58,009 bases of DNA, taken from NCBI GenBank assembly GCA_036630325.1, contig CP142729.1, positions 1,302,001-1,360,009 of the forward strand, written 5' to 3'. This DNA is from Vairimorpha necatrix. Taxonomy: Eukaryota. Every line of letters begins with the position of its first letter. Positions within the stretch are counted from its first letter, which is position 1. A program made the translations under genes and the position numbers. Shown here in pieces: positions 23,752-35,055 of the stretch. The notes beneath the pieces were generated by a model, which worked only from the letters and a program-made list of their open reading frames with translations, did not search any database and had not been told where the DNA came from.

Positions 23752-26700
23752 CTAGATTTCTCTAGATCTGTTCTGGCTTACAAGCCTTTCCTTTTCTCGT
23801 ATAACGATATATCGTTGTACAATCATCTTGTCTAATAACTCTACTCTTACAAGTAGAGACTTCCTTTTATCAAAAGAAGCTTTGATGCCATTGATGTTAC
23901 CAATAATCATCTTAACTAGCTCCTCTTTTGTTTGAGTTGAAGATCTCAACTCAGATATTTTATTCTCATATAGAGATCTTGTGTTAGAGAGCGTCGGACA
24001 GTCTAACAAGAAGTGTTCAAGGTCTTCTCGTTCTCCCTCACATAACAAACAATGAGTCCTATAAAAAGGAGGGATTCTGTGGCATTAGCCAAAGCAGAAA
24101 ACCATCTGACTAAATTACACCAAAGCCTGGTGTAATTCCTGATCTGCCTGTTGTTTACTTTTGATAGTATGTGCTTAATCTGCGAGTCACAGATTCCATA
24201 CTTATCTGCTACTAGAGCACCTAAAGTGGTGTTGTAGGAACCCCTTGCCTTAAGTACCTCTAAAATCTTGTTCTTGTCTGTAATGTAGGCAATGCTTTCA
24301 TAATCGTTCCCGATATATCTCTTACACCAACGCCTAGTCCTCGAACTCCACGTTGTTTTCCTTTCCCTCGGAGGTTGGTTAATGAAATCCGAGATAATGG
24401 TTTTATTGTGTTTCCACTTCTTTAATGCCCTAAATCTACTTAGGGCCGCCTGTATGTGAACTCTATTCATACAGAGTTCGTCCATTATCCTATCTAATGG
24501 CACTATTTTTGTTCGAAATATCATTCGTATCGCTTTTCTTAGGATTCTATTGATCAAAACAGACCTTATACTAGACATCCCCCATAATTCACTTCCGTAC
24601 ATTAGTGAGGAAAATAGCATATTTTTTATTAATATACCTTTAAAAGCTATATTAATTCTTTATTTAGAAGCTTTGGTTTCAAGACTTTAAAGCTTTTCTG
24701 CCTCTATAGGCTCCATCTCTTACTAAGTGTTCTTCTAATGAAGATCTTTTTATAAGAACACCCAAATACCTGTATTAGGCGACTTCAACGATTTTTCCAA
24801 AGTCAGTCCTGATAGCGACATCTACAGACTCGGATCTATTATTGGCATCCCATACTAAGATACCACTTTTGTCACAGTTGATCTTCATACGATTCTCAAC
24901 TGCCCATCTGCTGACTTGACATACTTTGTGTTTCAAATCAGCAAGAGTATTGCCTAGAACACGATGTCATCTGAAAACATCAGTCCGGGCAGGCTTATAT
25001 TTGAGCGGGGAACGCTTAATCCTGTCATGCCGTCAAAAATATCATTTATGAATAGTTTGATAAGCGTAGGAGAACAGGGGCACCCCGTCTCACACCTTTT
25101 TTGTAGAGATATCCACTACTTGTGTCTCCTTTATACGGATTCTCATCTCAGTATTTCCATAGATATCTTTCAATGTGTTTATAAGATATCTTGGAATACT
25201 ATACCTTTCTAGCTTATTAAATAGTAGCTCATGGCTAACATTGTCGTAAGCTTTTTCAAAGTCAATAAAACATAGAAATGTTTGTTGACTTTGAAACCCT
25301 CTTCTTTTAACCACCTCAACAAGGTTGCAATCTGATTCATACATTCTTCTATTGCTCTAAATCCGGCTTGGAAAGGAGAAAGAATGTTCTTTTCTTCAAC
25401 AAACTGTGTAAGTCTGTCGTTTACTATTTTTAAGTAAATTTTGCTTATTGTGTTAATTAGCGCAATTCCTCTATAGTTGTTGAGATCTGACACATCTCCT
25501 TTTTTATGGAGGCAAATCATGTCAGCAACACTCCAGCTAACAGGAGGGCTGTCTCCTGTTAGTATTCTGTTGAACTCGTTCACAAGGAACAGAGGTAGCT
25601 TTTTATCTACTAAACTATGTTTAAGTAAAACCTTGTATAGCTCGGTTGGAATCTCATCCGGTCCAGCTGCCTTGTTGTTGCCACAGTTATTAGTGGCTTT
25701 TAATAATTCCTCCATAGTGATGTTCTCTGGATTATCCCTTTCGATATTTTTTTGATATACATTTTCAACGTCTGAAATTGAGTTAGCTAGATTAGCGTAA
25801 AAGTCATTGGTTATCTCTAACTTCTTTTTATGCTCGTTATGAGCCATGCCTGATACATCTTTCAAGCAAACATTGTCTAATCTAACAGTGACGTTAGAAG
25901 AACTTTAAAACCATTTCCAGAAGTCTCTGGATCTGTTACTTTTATAGAGCTCAATGCCCTCGAAGGCCCAAAGATTGGCTCGATCTTTCCGAACTTTTAT
26001 CTTTGTTGCCTTAATCTTATCCTTCAGTAACATGTACCTATGCACAGACGTTACGGACCTATTCGTTAGCATACACTTAGTAGCATATCTAAAACTTTTA
26101 AAGACATTTACGTGTCTCCATCTGATGGGCAGCCCTTTGAATGTCCCCACTTTACTGTATATCTTTGAGGATATACAAACGTCTTTTAAAAGTCTAGAGA
26201 GTTCATCGAGTGTGAATGTTTTTTCATTCAACTTTCTTGAAAGCTTAGCTCCCATTCCTGGATGCTCAAGTTTCTTCCTATTGTAGGCAAATGGCCGTTC
26301 TCTCACTGGAGAAGGAAGAAATATCATTCTCTTCAGCAATATATGATCACTTACCGCCCTCTTCGAGAAATTATTATTTTCTCGCTTTCCTGAATTAAGA
26401 CCCTAAAAATCGTAACAATACGTCTTTAAGAGACTTGTCCATCACTCAGGATTCTTGTTCCTGATAATCTGTTATAGTTTATTGCAGGGCTTAACCCTGC
26501 GATAGCAAGCTTCTTTTTTGGGAAGAATCACTAGTATTCATATCCCCCATCACTACAATCTCCTTATAGTTTCTTTTATCCCTCTCAATACTAAGAAGGT
26601 CAATTACATTACTTAGAGTTTCGGCCTTTAACTTTCTCTCTTGTGGAACGTAAACATTGATTATTAAGACCTTTGTCCATCCCGTACTAGTTTTGAATTC

Positions 26701-26975
26701 AACGACAGTTTGTAGAATATTGTCGTCATCCCCCTTTTTAGAACATCTTACTGCCCCGTCTTTTCTGACTAGAGTCATTAGACCTGGCCGATTCTTTCCT
26801 ATGGCTGGTGTCTCCACCAGCATATACTTTTCTAGTCTCGTAGAACCTAAGGATTTCTTCCAAGTTTCTTGAAGACACAAGACTGTTGGCTTTTCTACTT
26901 TAAGGAGGATTTCCAAGTCCTCCTTCTTTCCGTAGAAATGGTTGATGTTAAGACTATAGAGCCTGGCCTTCTCTA
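23752..26975 (-). pseudogene. LINE ORF2: APE endonuclease + reverse transcriptase + C-terminal CCHC
   Basis: APE: YSLNINHF, LCLQETW, INVYVP, VVMGDMN. RT: KAAGPDEIP, NNYRGIALINTISKIY, QAGFR, FIDFEKAYDNV, GCPCSP, MFSDDI. C-terminal: CMLC...EDLEHFLLDCP. Several frameshifts. Confidence 0.92.
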
Positions 26976-27451
26976 TGGACTTGCATCTTTTTTATTCTCC
27001 ACCCTATCACGAGTTGGAATTTCTTTTAATATTTCTAGGCCAAGTATATCCATGGCTTCAGAAATTTCTTTTTTTCTTGACCTTCTGACTACGCAGAAGG
27101 TGAAGTTAGCATCTTTTCTGCGATGCCTCTGGTATAGATAAGAGAGTCCGATAATTTCGTTACACTCTGTCTAACTGTTGTCGGAGTTCTTCTCCTTTGA
27201 TATGGTTAGCCATTGTTTTAATTAGACACAACCCCTTTTGAATGCTTGTTCTCAGCATTCTAGCTTTTACCATGATATAGACATGAGATTTAAATCTCAG
27301 TTTACATCCATATCTTTTATTAGTAAAGTTACTAATTTTTGGTGAATTATTGGGTAGACAATAATTTTTGATACAGCTAAGAAGCCGTATAACTTGTTTT
27401 TTATTAAAATATAAATTATTTAATAAAAATCTTTTAATAATAGCATTTTTA

Positions 27452-29029
27452 TCACTGTTCATTGTGATGTTTACTATCAACTTTCCTGTCTTTCCCGAGA
27501 TGTTCAAAGTTTAACTCGGATAGAAAGAACTCTTCATGGCTTACTGTAGGCTTGTAAGATAGACCGTTTTTTATAACTTTTATTGCCTTTTCGACAGGAA
27601 CATACTTCCTCCAATTTTGACGAAGATCGGAGAATATTTTCGTCAAAGCTGATCTGTTCCTAGAGATATAATTGCCCACTTCGTTTTCGGCAACTAATAC
27701 TCTTACATTTTCTGAAGCGTTCTCAAGAGCTTCTGCAGCTTGAAAGCAGATTTCATCTCTAATGAGGAAGATTCTGCCCTCGACTTCAATATCTTTTACT
27801 AGTGGAATGTTCTTTTTCTCTATGCCCATTAATTTGGCCCAGGTCTCCCTGATAATGTGTTCCCCTCGGGGGAAACCATGAGCGACCACAATTTTGTATT
27901 TGCAGTCTTTGGGCCTCTTTCCGTTTATTGCTAGGTCTATCAACTCTTCTCTGGATAGTTTATCTATCCAATTCGTTTGTTTCTTCCTCGTAATGTGAGA
28001 AGAAGGTGCCTTAGGTGAAGATGTTTTCTTCATCTTGGATTTGCGCTCAGTCATAGATTTCGACTTCGCACAACCTTTTATAGATGACAGTAACAAATCA
28101 TCTTTCAGTATTTTTTTACAAGTTTTAGAACTTAAAGCGGGTACTTTCAACTGTTTCGTATCACAGTTGAAGTTCTTTTTTATACCTTCTAGGAATGGGG
28201 CAAACCTATTGGCATCTTCTGTTTTTGAGGCATCAGCTTTTTTTTTACCTTTGGTTTCATATCACAATTTTTAAGAATGATTGTCCAGTCATTCTCCGTC
28301 TTTTCTGTTAGAAGAATATTTTTCTTCAACAATTTCCTGTTTCCTTTTACGGCAGCGGTTACCTTCCGTAAAAACACATTAATGGTATTGGATGATGGGA
28401 TCCTTTTACCCGTAACCTTTATTTGCTCTTTATCTTGAGCTTTATAGAACACCAAACTTCTCCTTTTCCTTTTTTTTTTATCAGTACGATCAGCTTTTTT
28501 TGTGATTGGTTCTTTACACTCTCCTTTTTTTGCAGTGAGAATCATGTCAATTCTCTGTTCTAATCTTTCATTTGAAGCTTTTAGGGCATCAATTTGTGTG
28601 TTGAGTTGGTTTCTCATTACGAAATCTCAATCTCATGCTGCTTCTTCAAGTTTTTAAGCTTGAATCTCTGTTCATTGAGCTCTTCACAGATGGCATCTAA
28701 GTACTCCCGATGAATACTTGTCACTCCATGTGAGCTTTTACAATAGGAAGCAAGGATAGCCATCAGCCCAGGTCTCCCACAGTACCTTTGGTTGGCATTT
28801 CTGCCTTCTTCTATCTTTATTTTGTTGAATAAAGTCTCTGTTCGTGACCAGAATTTTATCAATTCTTGGTCTGTGTGAATAGCAGCCTTGCGGAAGCTGC
28901 TAACTTCACATTCTGGTTTGTAGCCTTCCAATACTAGTGAATTAACACTTTCTTGTACTCCAGAGGTCGATAAGCCGGCCTCAATCTCGCAAGTTTCTTC
29001 CTCCTTTTTTTGCGTTTGGCGAACCCCAT
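27452..29029 (-). pseudogene. LINE ORF1 (Lys/Arg-rich, coiled-coil), fragmented
   Basis: Consecutive minus-strand ORFs 28617-28931, 28189-28617 and 27452-28150 lie upstream of ORF2. The probable start is ATG at 29029. Confidence 0.65.
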
Positions 29030-29034
29030 TTTTT

Positions 29035-29405
29035 TATTGTGTTTCAGAATCGCTAAATATACAGCATTGATCGTGTGATTCACAGTCCCGTGCTCCATCT
29101 CTTTGCTTGTCTAATGCGGCCACATATGTTACCCATTGATTAGTGATCATGATAGAAACGGTTTATACATTATCCTGTATTACCTCAAGGAAATAGCAGT
29201 ATTTCTACTAGTTACAGAAACAAGCAAGGCGCAAGCTGATTCAACATCAAATGCTTTTAAAATAATATTTTCTTTGTTTTCTATGTAAATTTCGTTTCAT
29301 CACTAAAAAGCTCATCTGTTTCAACAAACATTGTTTTTGCCAATTTTTCCATTTTTGAAAGGGGGTTTTCAAAATTTCAAAGCGGGGTTTAAACGGCCTT
29401 ATACC
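29035..29405 (-). mobile_element. Truncated Merlin derivative (one TIR), cut by the LINE 5' end
   Basis: The reverse complement is colinear with 1490-1840 (e.g. shared GTTTCTGTAACTAGTAGAAATA and CTAATCAATGGGTA). TIR-like GGTATAAGGCCGTTTAAACCCC at 29405. Confidence 0.8.
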
Positions 29406-29612
29406 GATTTTTCTTTTTTTTATACCCCACATAAAATATTAATGTGAAGAACAACAACGCTTATAACTACGGGAGGTCACAAAGAGACTTAACCTATCTT
29501 AAGAGGATTGAGTATTACCCACCGGGGGGAAATTTTTTATAATGAAACTAATTTAATTGCAGGAGAAGTATTTTATGATCTATGCTAATAAATTTTTATC
29601 GCGGGTTTACAT
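29406..29612 (+). mobile_element. Partial, decayed LTR of the TGTGGTAT family (3' half)
   Basis: TTTTATACCCCAC motif, CCCCACCGGGGGG hairpin and AGGAGAAGTATT occur in the same order as in other copies. The 5' half is replaced by the Merlin element. Confidence 0.5.
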
Positions 29613-29823
29613 ATGTTTTAATTTGTCTTAAGTTTATTTTTGTCATTCTTTTGATTGTAAAGATATGCAATTCAACTATTAATGATGTTTAAGACATGCA
29701 GGACCAGTAAAAATTCTATGTTATTTTGTTAATCATAAAGAAAAAATGAAATATTTTGATGTAAATTGCTAGAGAATAAAAATATAATCAAATTAAACGG
29801 AAAGTTTTAGCTAGAAAATATTT

Positions 29824-31485
29824 TTATTTTCTTTCTTCTTTGGCAATTTCTGCTAGTTCTCCTTCAATCAACCTGATATTTCCTTCTACTTCCTTTGGAT
29901 CAAGATCACAAAATTTTATGAAGTCATTTTTATCTTTTGCTTGTTGTCCATTTTTATAAAATCTGGCCATATAAAAACTGGCTTCTTGGGAACCTGATTC
30001 TGCTACCAATTCAATAAAACATAACATATTATGCAATGTGAAAACTTCAAAGTTTTCACTTTGTTTTACAATTACTTGATTCATTATATCAACTAAATTC
30101 AAATATTGAGAACTTTGCTCATTTTGATCTTCGTTTCTTATATTATCTTTCATAATATTTCCAATTTCTTTCAAAGTTTTAAAAGATCCTTCAGCGGCGT
30201 CATCGTCATCGTTGTTAATGTAATTTTCTGCTTCAACGAATAAAAATACCTTAATATATCTAGATTGGTCCCCTTCACTGTTAAATATCTTTGATATGAT
30301 TGCTTTCCTGTTAAGATTCCCTTTATTTTCAATTAGGCAATCTAAATCCTCTGTGCCTATTAATTCATCGAAAACTAATATATGTCCGAAAAATATATTC
30401 AACTGATCTTTTGTTTTATCCAAAATTCTTTTGACGAGAAACCCAATTTCCTTTTCTTTCAATAGAATATTAAACGCATCGATGACTGCGTATTCTGTAT
30501 TTCCCATTAAATCTTGCATTCTTTCTGCATATTCCCTGCTTTCCAAATTATTTTCTTGCACTGGATTAATTGTAGTGTTATTATCTTCAGAACACTCCAA
30601 TAAACCTAGCTCATCTCTTAATAATTTTATTATTTTGCAATTTTCATTCTGACGTAGAGTATTCGGAATTTTCAGCCTTCTTTCTGTGAAAAAACTCACA
30701 CTTTTATTATTAAAATCTAAAGAAAAAAAAGCATCTTTGTATAAATCGAAACACTTAGGAGAAATTTCGTCCTTTTCTTTTAGACATAGTTTTACTATGT
30801 CCAGCATTTCGACTTTGGAAAATTCGAAGTAAAAGTAAGCCTTTTCTATATAAACTAGAACACTGATACATATGATGTCGTCATTCGCATCATACCTAGG
30901 TGAAACATATGAATTAGCTCTAAATCTGTAGTATTCTGTTTTTAGGGGAGCTTCTTCGATCATATGAAGCATAGATTTTTCCTCATTAATATAAGCTTGA
31001 ATAGTTTTTTGATGCAAAAATTTGTTTTCGTTATTTGTATTATTTCTTTTATCATGTATTTTTCTGATTCCTTCTATAATGTCCTTAATAATGATATTTT
31101 CATTTGACTTTATGCATACGTCTGTATCAGCAACCATATATTTTAAAAAGACCTTATATAATTTATATTTGTTCATAATTTCTATTAATTGTCTTTCATA
31201 TTCATTAAGAATAATATCTAAAGATTTTCCCTCACAATTAATATTAAATGATTCTGGTATTTCTGAATTTTCATCCTTCTCAAAGTCTATTATTTTAAAA
31301 GAAAAACTTATTTCCTTATTTTCATAATGCCATAAGTCTGCATAACCATAATTTTTAGTAGTGTCTACCATTCGATAATCTCCTTTTACGATTTTTTGAT
31401 TGAACCCTTCTGGGATTTCATTACATAGAGATCTATAAATTGCTTGTGTAGAAACAAACATATAGAAGACATGTAAGATGAACAT
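29824..31485 (-). CDS. 553-aa putative secreted orphan protein; paralog of the 844-aa protein
   Basis: Intact ORF, CCCCCC just upstream of the ATG, hydrophobic N-terminus MFILHVFYMFVSTQA, and shared sequence blocks with 5523-8057. Confidence 0.9.
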   Translation of the reverse strand: MFILHVFYMFVSTQAIYRSLCNEIPEGFNQKIVKGDYRMVDTTKNYGYADLWHYENKEISFSFKIIDFEKDENSEIPESFNINCEGKSLDIILNEYERQLIEIMNKYKLYKVFLKYMVADTDVCIKSNENIIIKDIIEGIRKIHDKRNNTNNENKFLHQKTIQAYINEEKSMLHMIEEAPLKTEYYRFRANSYVSPRYDANDDIICISVLVYIEKAYFYFEFSKVEMLDIVKLCLKEKDEISPKCFDLYKDAFFSLDFNNKSVSFFTERRLKIPNTLRQNENCKIIKLLRDELGLLECSEDNNTTINPVQENNLESREYAERMQDLMGNTEYAVIDAFNILLKEKEIGFLVKRILDKTKDQLNIFFGHILVFDELIGTEDLDCLIENKGNLNRKAIISKIFNSEGDQSRYIKVFLFVEAENYINNDDDDAAEGSFKTLKEIGNIMKDNIRNEDQNEQSSQYLNLVDIMNQVIVKQSENFEVFTLHNMLCFIELVAESGSQEASFYMARFYKNGQQAKDKNDFIKFCDLDPKEVEGNIRLIEGELAEIAKEERK

Positions 31486-31759
31486 AATGGGGGGTAAAGA
31501 AAAAATTTATTAATATACAAAAAAATAAATTAAAAATCTTCGATATTTTATAAAACTTCTACAAAAAAATTAAAAGATGTTTATGATTTATGTATAAGCT
31601 TTTAATACATTTTTTATTTTTTTAATTTACCATTTTTGATTTTGAATTTTTAAATTATTTTTTTGAAAAAAAAAGAAAAATTAAAATTTTAATTAATGTT
31701 TTGAAAATTCGAAAAACCAATAAAAAGTTACGGAATTTGCAATTTTAATGTCACACAAT

Positions 31760-32925
31760 TGTGGTATTAATTACCACATTATTTGTATTTGTTTATTTTT
31801 CCCTCCAAATTAATTTTCTAGAAAATATTTTGCTATAAATATTTTCTTTGGAGGTGGGGTACTTTAGAACCCCCCTTTTGAAGCGCTTCGATTTTTTTTT
31901 CGAACCCCAAAATTGAAGTGCAAAAAAAAAGAGGAGCAGGAAGGGGACAAAAATTACTAAGCACTTATGACATTAAAAACAATAAATAAATATATATTTA
32001 TGTACACAATTATATTTTAATACAAGTTTTTACAATTATATAAACCAATAAGCATTTTTTGCCCTTCTGATTTTTTAGAATTGGGAACCCAAATGCTCCT
32101 CTCTGAGGGTGTTCACTTTATAATTTTGAACCCCAAAAACGAAGTGCAAAATAAAGGAGAAGCAATCATTAGTACATAAATTACTTGCATCTTCAAACAG
32201 TAAAAATACCAAATAAAAGTATATTTGTATACGAAATTTAATTTAAAAAAAAGAATATAACCATAAAACTATATAATTCTAAATAAAATAACATATTTAA
32301 ATTAAAATTTTTGATTTAACAATCTGTATAGATCGTTGAACATTTATTTTTATTTTCTTATATAAATAATATTTATAATTTTAATTGTTGGTTTGTTTTT
32401 AAAGTAGATTTTCTTCAAAAATCTACTTTCATAATAAACCAACAAAAAAAAAAAATTGAAAAAATAAGAAGGGCGAAAAAAGACACAATACTTCAAATGA
32501 TTATTATAACTAAATCTAAAATTAAATTTTGTATAAAAGCATATATTTATTTGTTATTTTTAATGTCATAAGTGATAAGAAATTTTTGTCCTTTTCTTGT
32601 TCCTCTTTTTTTTTGCACTTCAATTTTGGGGTTCGAAAAAAAAATTGAAGCGCTTCAAAGGGGGGGGGGTCTAAAGTATCCTTCACCCATTTTCTTTTTA
32701 CTTTACCCCAATTTTAGGAAGATGAGAAGCACTGAAAACTCATACAGATACAGAGACATCGGGAAGGCCCTTCATGCCTTACCCCCTCACATGAGGAACG
32801 GAACTAGCCCACAGTTGAAAGATAATAAATACAATTTTAATAAAAATATTCTTAATAATGTTGCAAGGAGGAGTATCATCGAAAGGTACTTACAAACCGG
32901 CCTCCTCCCTGGTGGTAACACCACA
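31760..32925 (+). mobile_element. Solo LTR (TGTGGTAT family) interrupted by a foldback element
   Basis: Starts TGTGGTATTAATTACCACA and ends GGTAACACCACA, with a perfect TSD ACAAT (31755-31759, 32926-32930). A micro-ORF from ATG 32722 contains RRSIIERYLQTGLLPGGN. Confidence 0.85.
31850..32688. mobile_element. Mutator-like / foldback MITE with ~160-bp TIRs
   Basis: Long imperfect TIRs (31850-~32010 and ~32530-32688) and a perfect 9-bp TSD ATTTTCTTT (31841-31849, 32689-32697). A 9-bp TSD with long TIRs is typical of Mutator-like elements. Confidence 0.85.
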
Positions 32926-33345
32926 ACAATATTTTATTTTCACTCTTATTAACCAGTACAAGTTCTATTTTTGAACTTTTTGGACATCAGATTTTTTATC
33001 TGAAATGAATATTGATTTAATTAAACACGTGATATCCAAAACAAAACTTCAAATCAAAAAGCGCCTGGAAGATATAACACAGCATAGATGGGAGGAGTTA
33101 CATGTGAAAAAAAACTTTAATTAAACATTGTGATAAAAAACTAATAATGAAAGTTTATCGTACAAAAATTTATATAAAAAATATTAGTTCTTTTTTATAG
33201 CATATTTTTGTTCTTTAACTCATGCTCTCTTGTTTTCTTATAACTAAATTGAATTGTGTTATTTTTGAAAAAAAGAAGATGTTTTTTAATTATTTTTTGA
33301 ACTGATTAAAAAAATCATCTAAAAATTAACAGTATGTATATAAAC

Positions 33346-33560
33346 ACGGAAGCATATATACAGTCAAGAGTCCTTAAAATGACTTTAGAAAGCCTAACTA
33401 TGTCAGTCAGACATGGGCTTGATACAGATCAGGAAGGGGGTTTCGAGAGCCCAATGAGTGAATCTCAGAAGGAAGTCCTGGAACTACCAGATGAGACTGT
33501 AAGCGTATCTTGTGAAAAGTAATTAATAAGCCGAATATTATACCTAAATAAATTATATAT
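33346..33560 (+). mobile_element. 5'-truncated copy of the RLE LINE 3' end
   Basis: Near-identical to 23050-23263, including the stop codon and 3' UTR (TAATTAATAAGCCGAAT(T)ATTATACC). Confidence 0.9.
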
Positions 33561-34709
33561 TAATATTTCAACGATATCTTATGGTAGTATAACATAGAAT
33601 TTTGCGACCGAATATAGGATATTATAAAATTAGTTATAACATCTTGATCTTAAGATATCTCATGATTTTACGAGATCAAAATTACTTTTAATAAAGGATA
33701 GTTTTAGAAAAACTTACTTTTAATATATGATAATATTGGCAAACCTGTTCAGGAGATGATTAGACCACCTTCAATTAAAACGAAATATATATATCTGATT
33801 GTTATGTTAGTATCTTTCTATTAGAGAAAATATTTTATATCTGATCGTATAATATATACTCGTTTAATCAGTAGTAGATAAAAAAAAGCAAAAAACTCAA
33901 CATTTTAAACTAATAATTTTTGTATATCTTTTACATAGAAACATAATTAAAAACAATTTCTAATATATATATAAAATACTTTTTTGTTTAATATTTTGTT
34001 TTCGATATTTCTAAAATTTTATCCTTATACATCTGTTTAAAATTAAAAGCAAATTGAGAATAAGGGATATTTATGCATACTTCTTAATTCAAAATATTCA
34101 TTGTTAATCGTATAGTGTTATAACATTAAATATGATAACGTTTTGAATTTTACCATTTATTTATATCAGTATATGGAAGTAACACATAAAATCTTAAGCA
34201 TTCTAAAAGTTTTAATAAATTATCTATTTAAATTCTCATAATCATAAAAAAAAACTAGAATAATCATCAAAATATTCTTGTTTATACATATCACACAATT
34301 CATCAGACATATGTTCTATGAATAATATTAGTAAGTAAATTTATTTAAATAGTCGAAATGTCTAAAATTGCACCTTTATTCTACGTAAAACTGTTTCCAA
34401 ATAATCTAATATTCATAATTTGATCTTAATCTAATATCTCTTTTAATAATTGAAACATTTATTTAGATAATGTAAAACTTATATCTATAAAAGTTTTCGC
34501 ATACATTCATCACAATGATTATGTAATAATCATACTTATGTTTGATTGGCAATAATTAGGTATAAATGCGATCATTAAAATCATTATTTTCGACGGACTA
34601 GAAATATATGACCGGAGAAACCTTATGTTTATCAATCAAAAGATTATATGACTAAATTTGGGTAAAGCACATGTAGCGGAAGTGCTTCTTTTATAATTAT
34701 AGTAAAAGC

Positions 34710-35055
34710 TGCATTACAATTCTTGTGGCGGCCCGTGTTTTTTCACTGTTAATGTAATTTTTTTATGTTATGCTCATGATCTTATTTATCAGCTAATGAA
34801 TATTATACAATTTAATACTTCGGAAATTTGAGTATACATCTGTATTCCAACTTTTCAACTTCTCGCGACACGTGGGATGCGCAAGCGCTATAAGGTCTTG
34901 TCCATTGAAGTTGGTATAACTAACGGTACTCAAATTTCTGAAGTATATAATTCGTATAATAACCATTTGCTGATAAAAAAGAATATAAACATAAAATATA
35001 AAGATTATAACACTAGCAGGAAAAAAATTGACTGTCTTAATTAGAAATTGTATAA
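34710..35055. repeat. Long imperfect inverted repeat (foldback/MITE-like)
   Basis: Arms include TTATCAGC...ATTATAC...TACTTCGGAAATTTGAGTA vs TACTCAAATTTCTGAAGTA...GTATAAT...GCTGATAA and CAACTTC/GAAGTTG, around a GC-rich core. Confidence 0.7.

Larger units (their letters stand above)
23446..29029 (-). mobile_element. Near full-length APE-RT LINE (non-LTR retrotransposon), frameshifted
   Basis: Basic ORF1 fragments are followed by ORF2 with APE, RT and a CCHC domain, then a ~300-nt 3' UTR. GC content is higher than the flanks. Confidence 0.92.

Noticed and set aside
32572-32952. 126-aa protein from the ORF track
   Set aside because: It is chimeric: the first ~40 codons are the foldback TIR read from a GTG. 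Only the part from ATG 32722 corresponds to the LTR micro-ORF.
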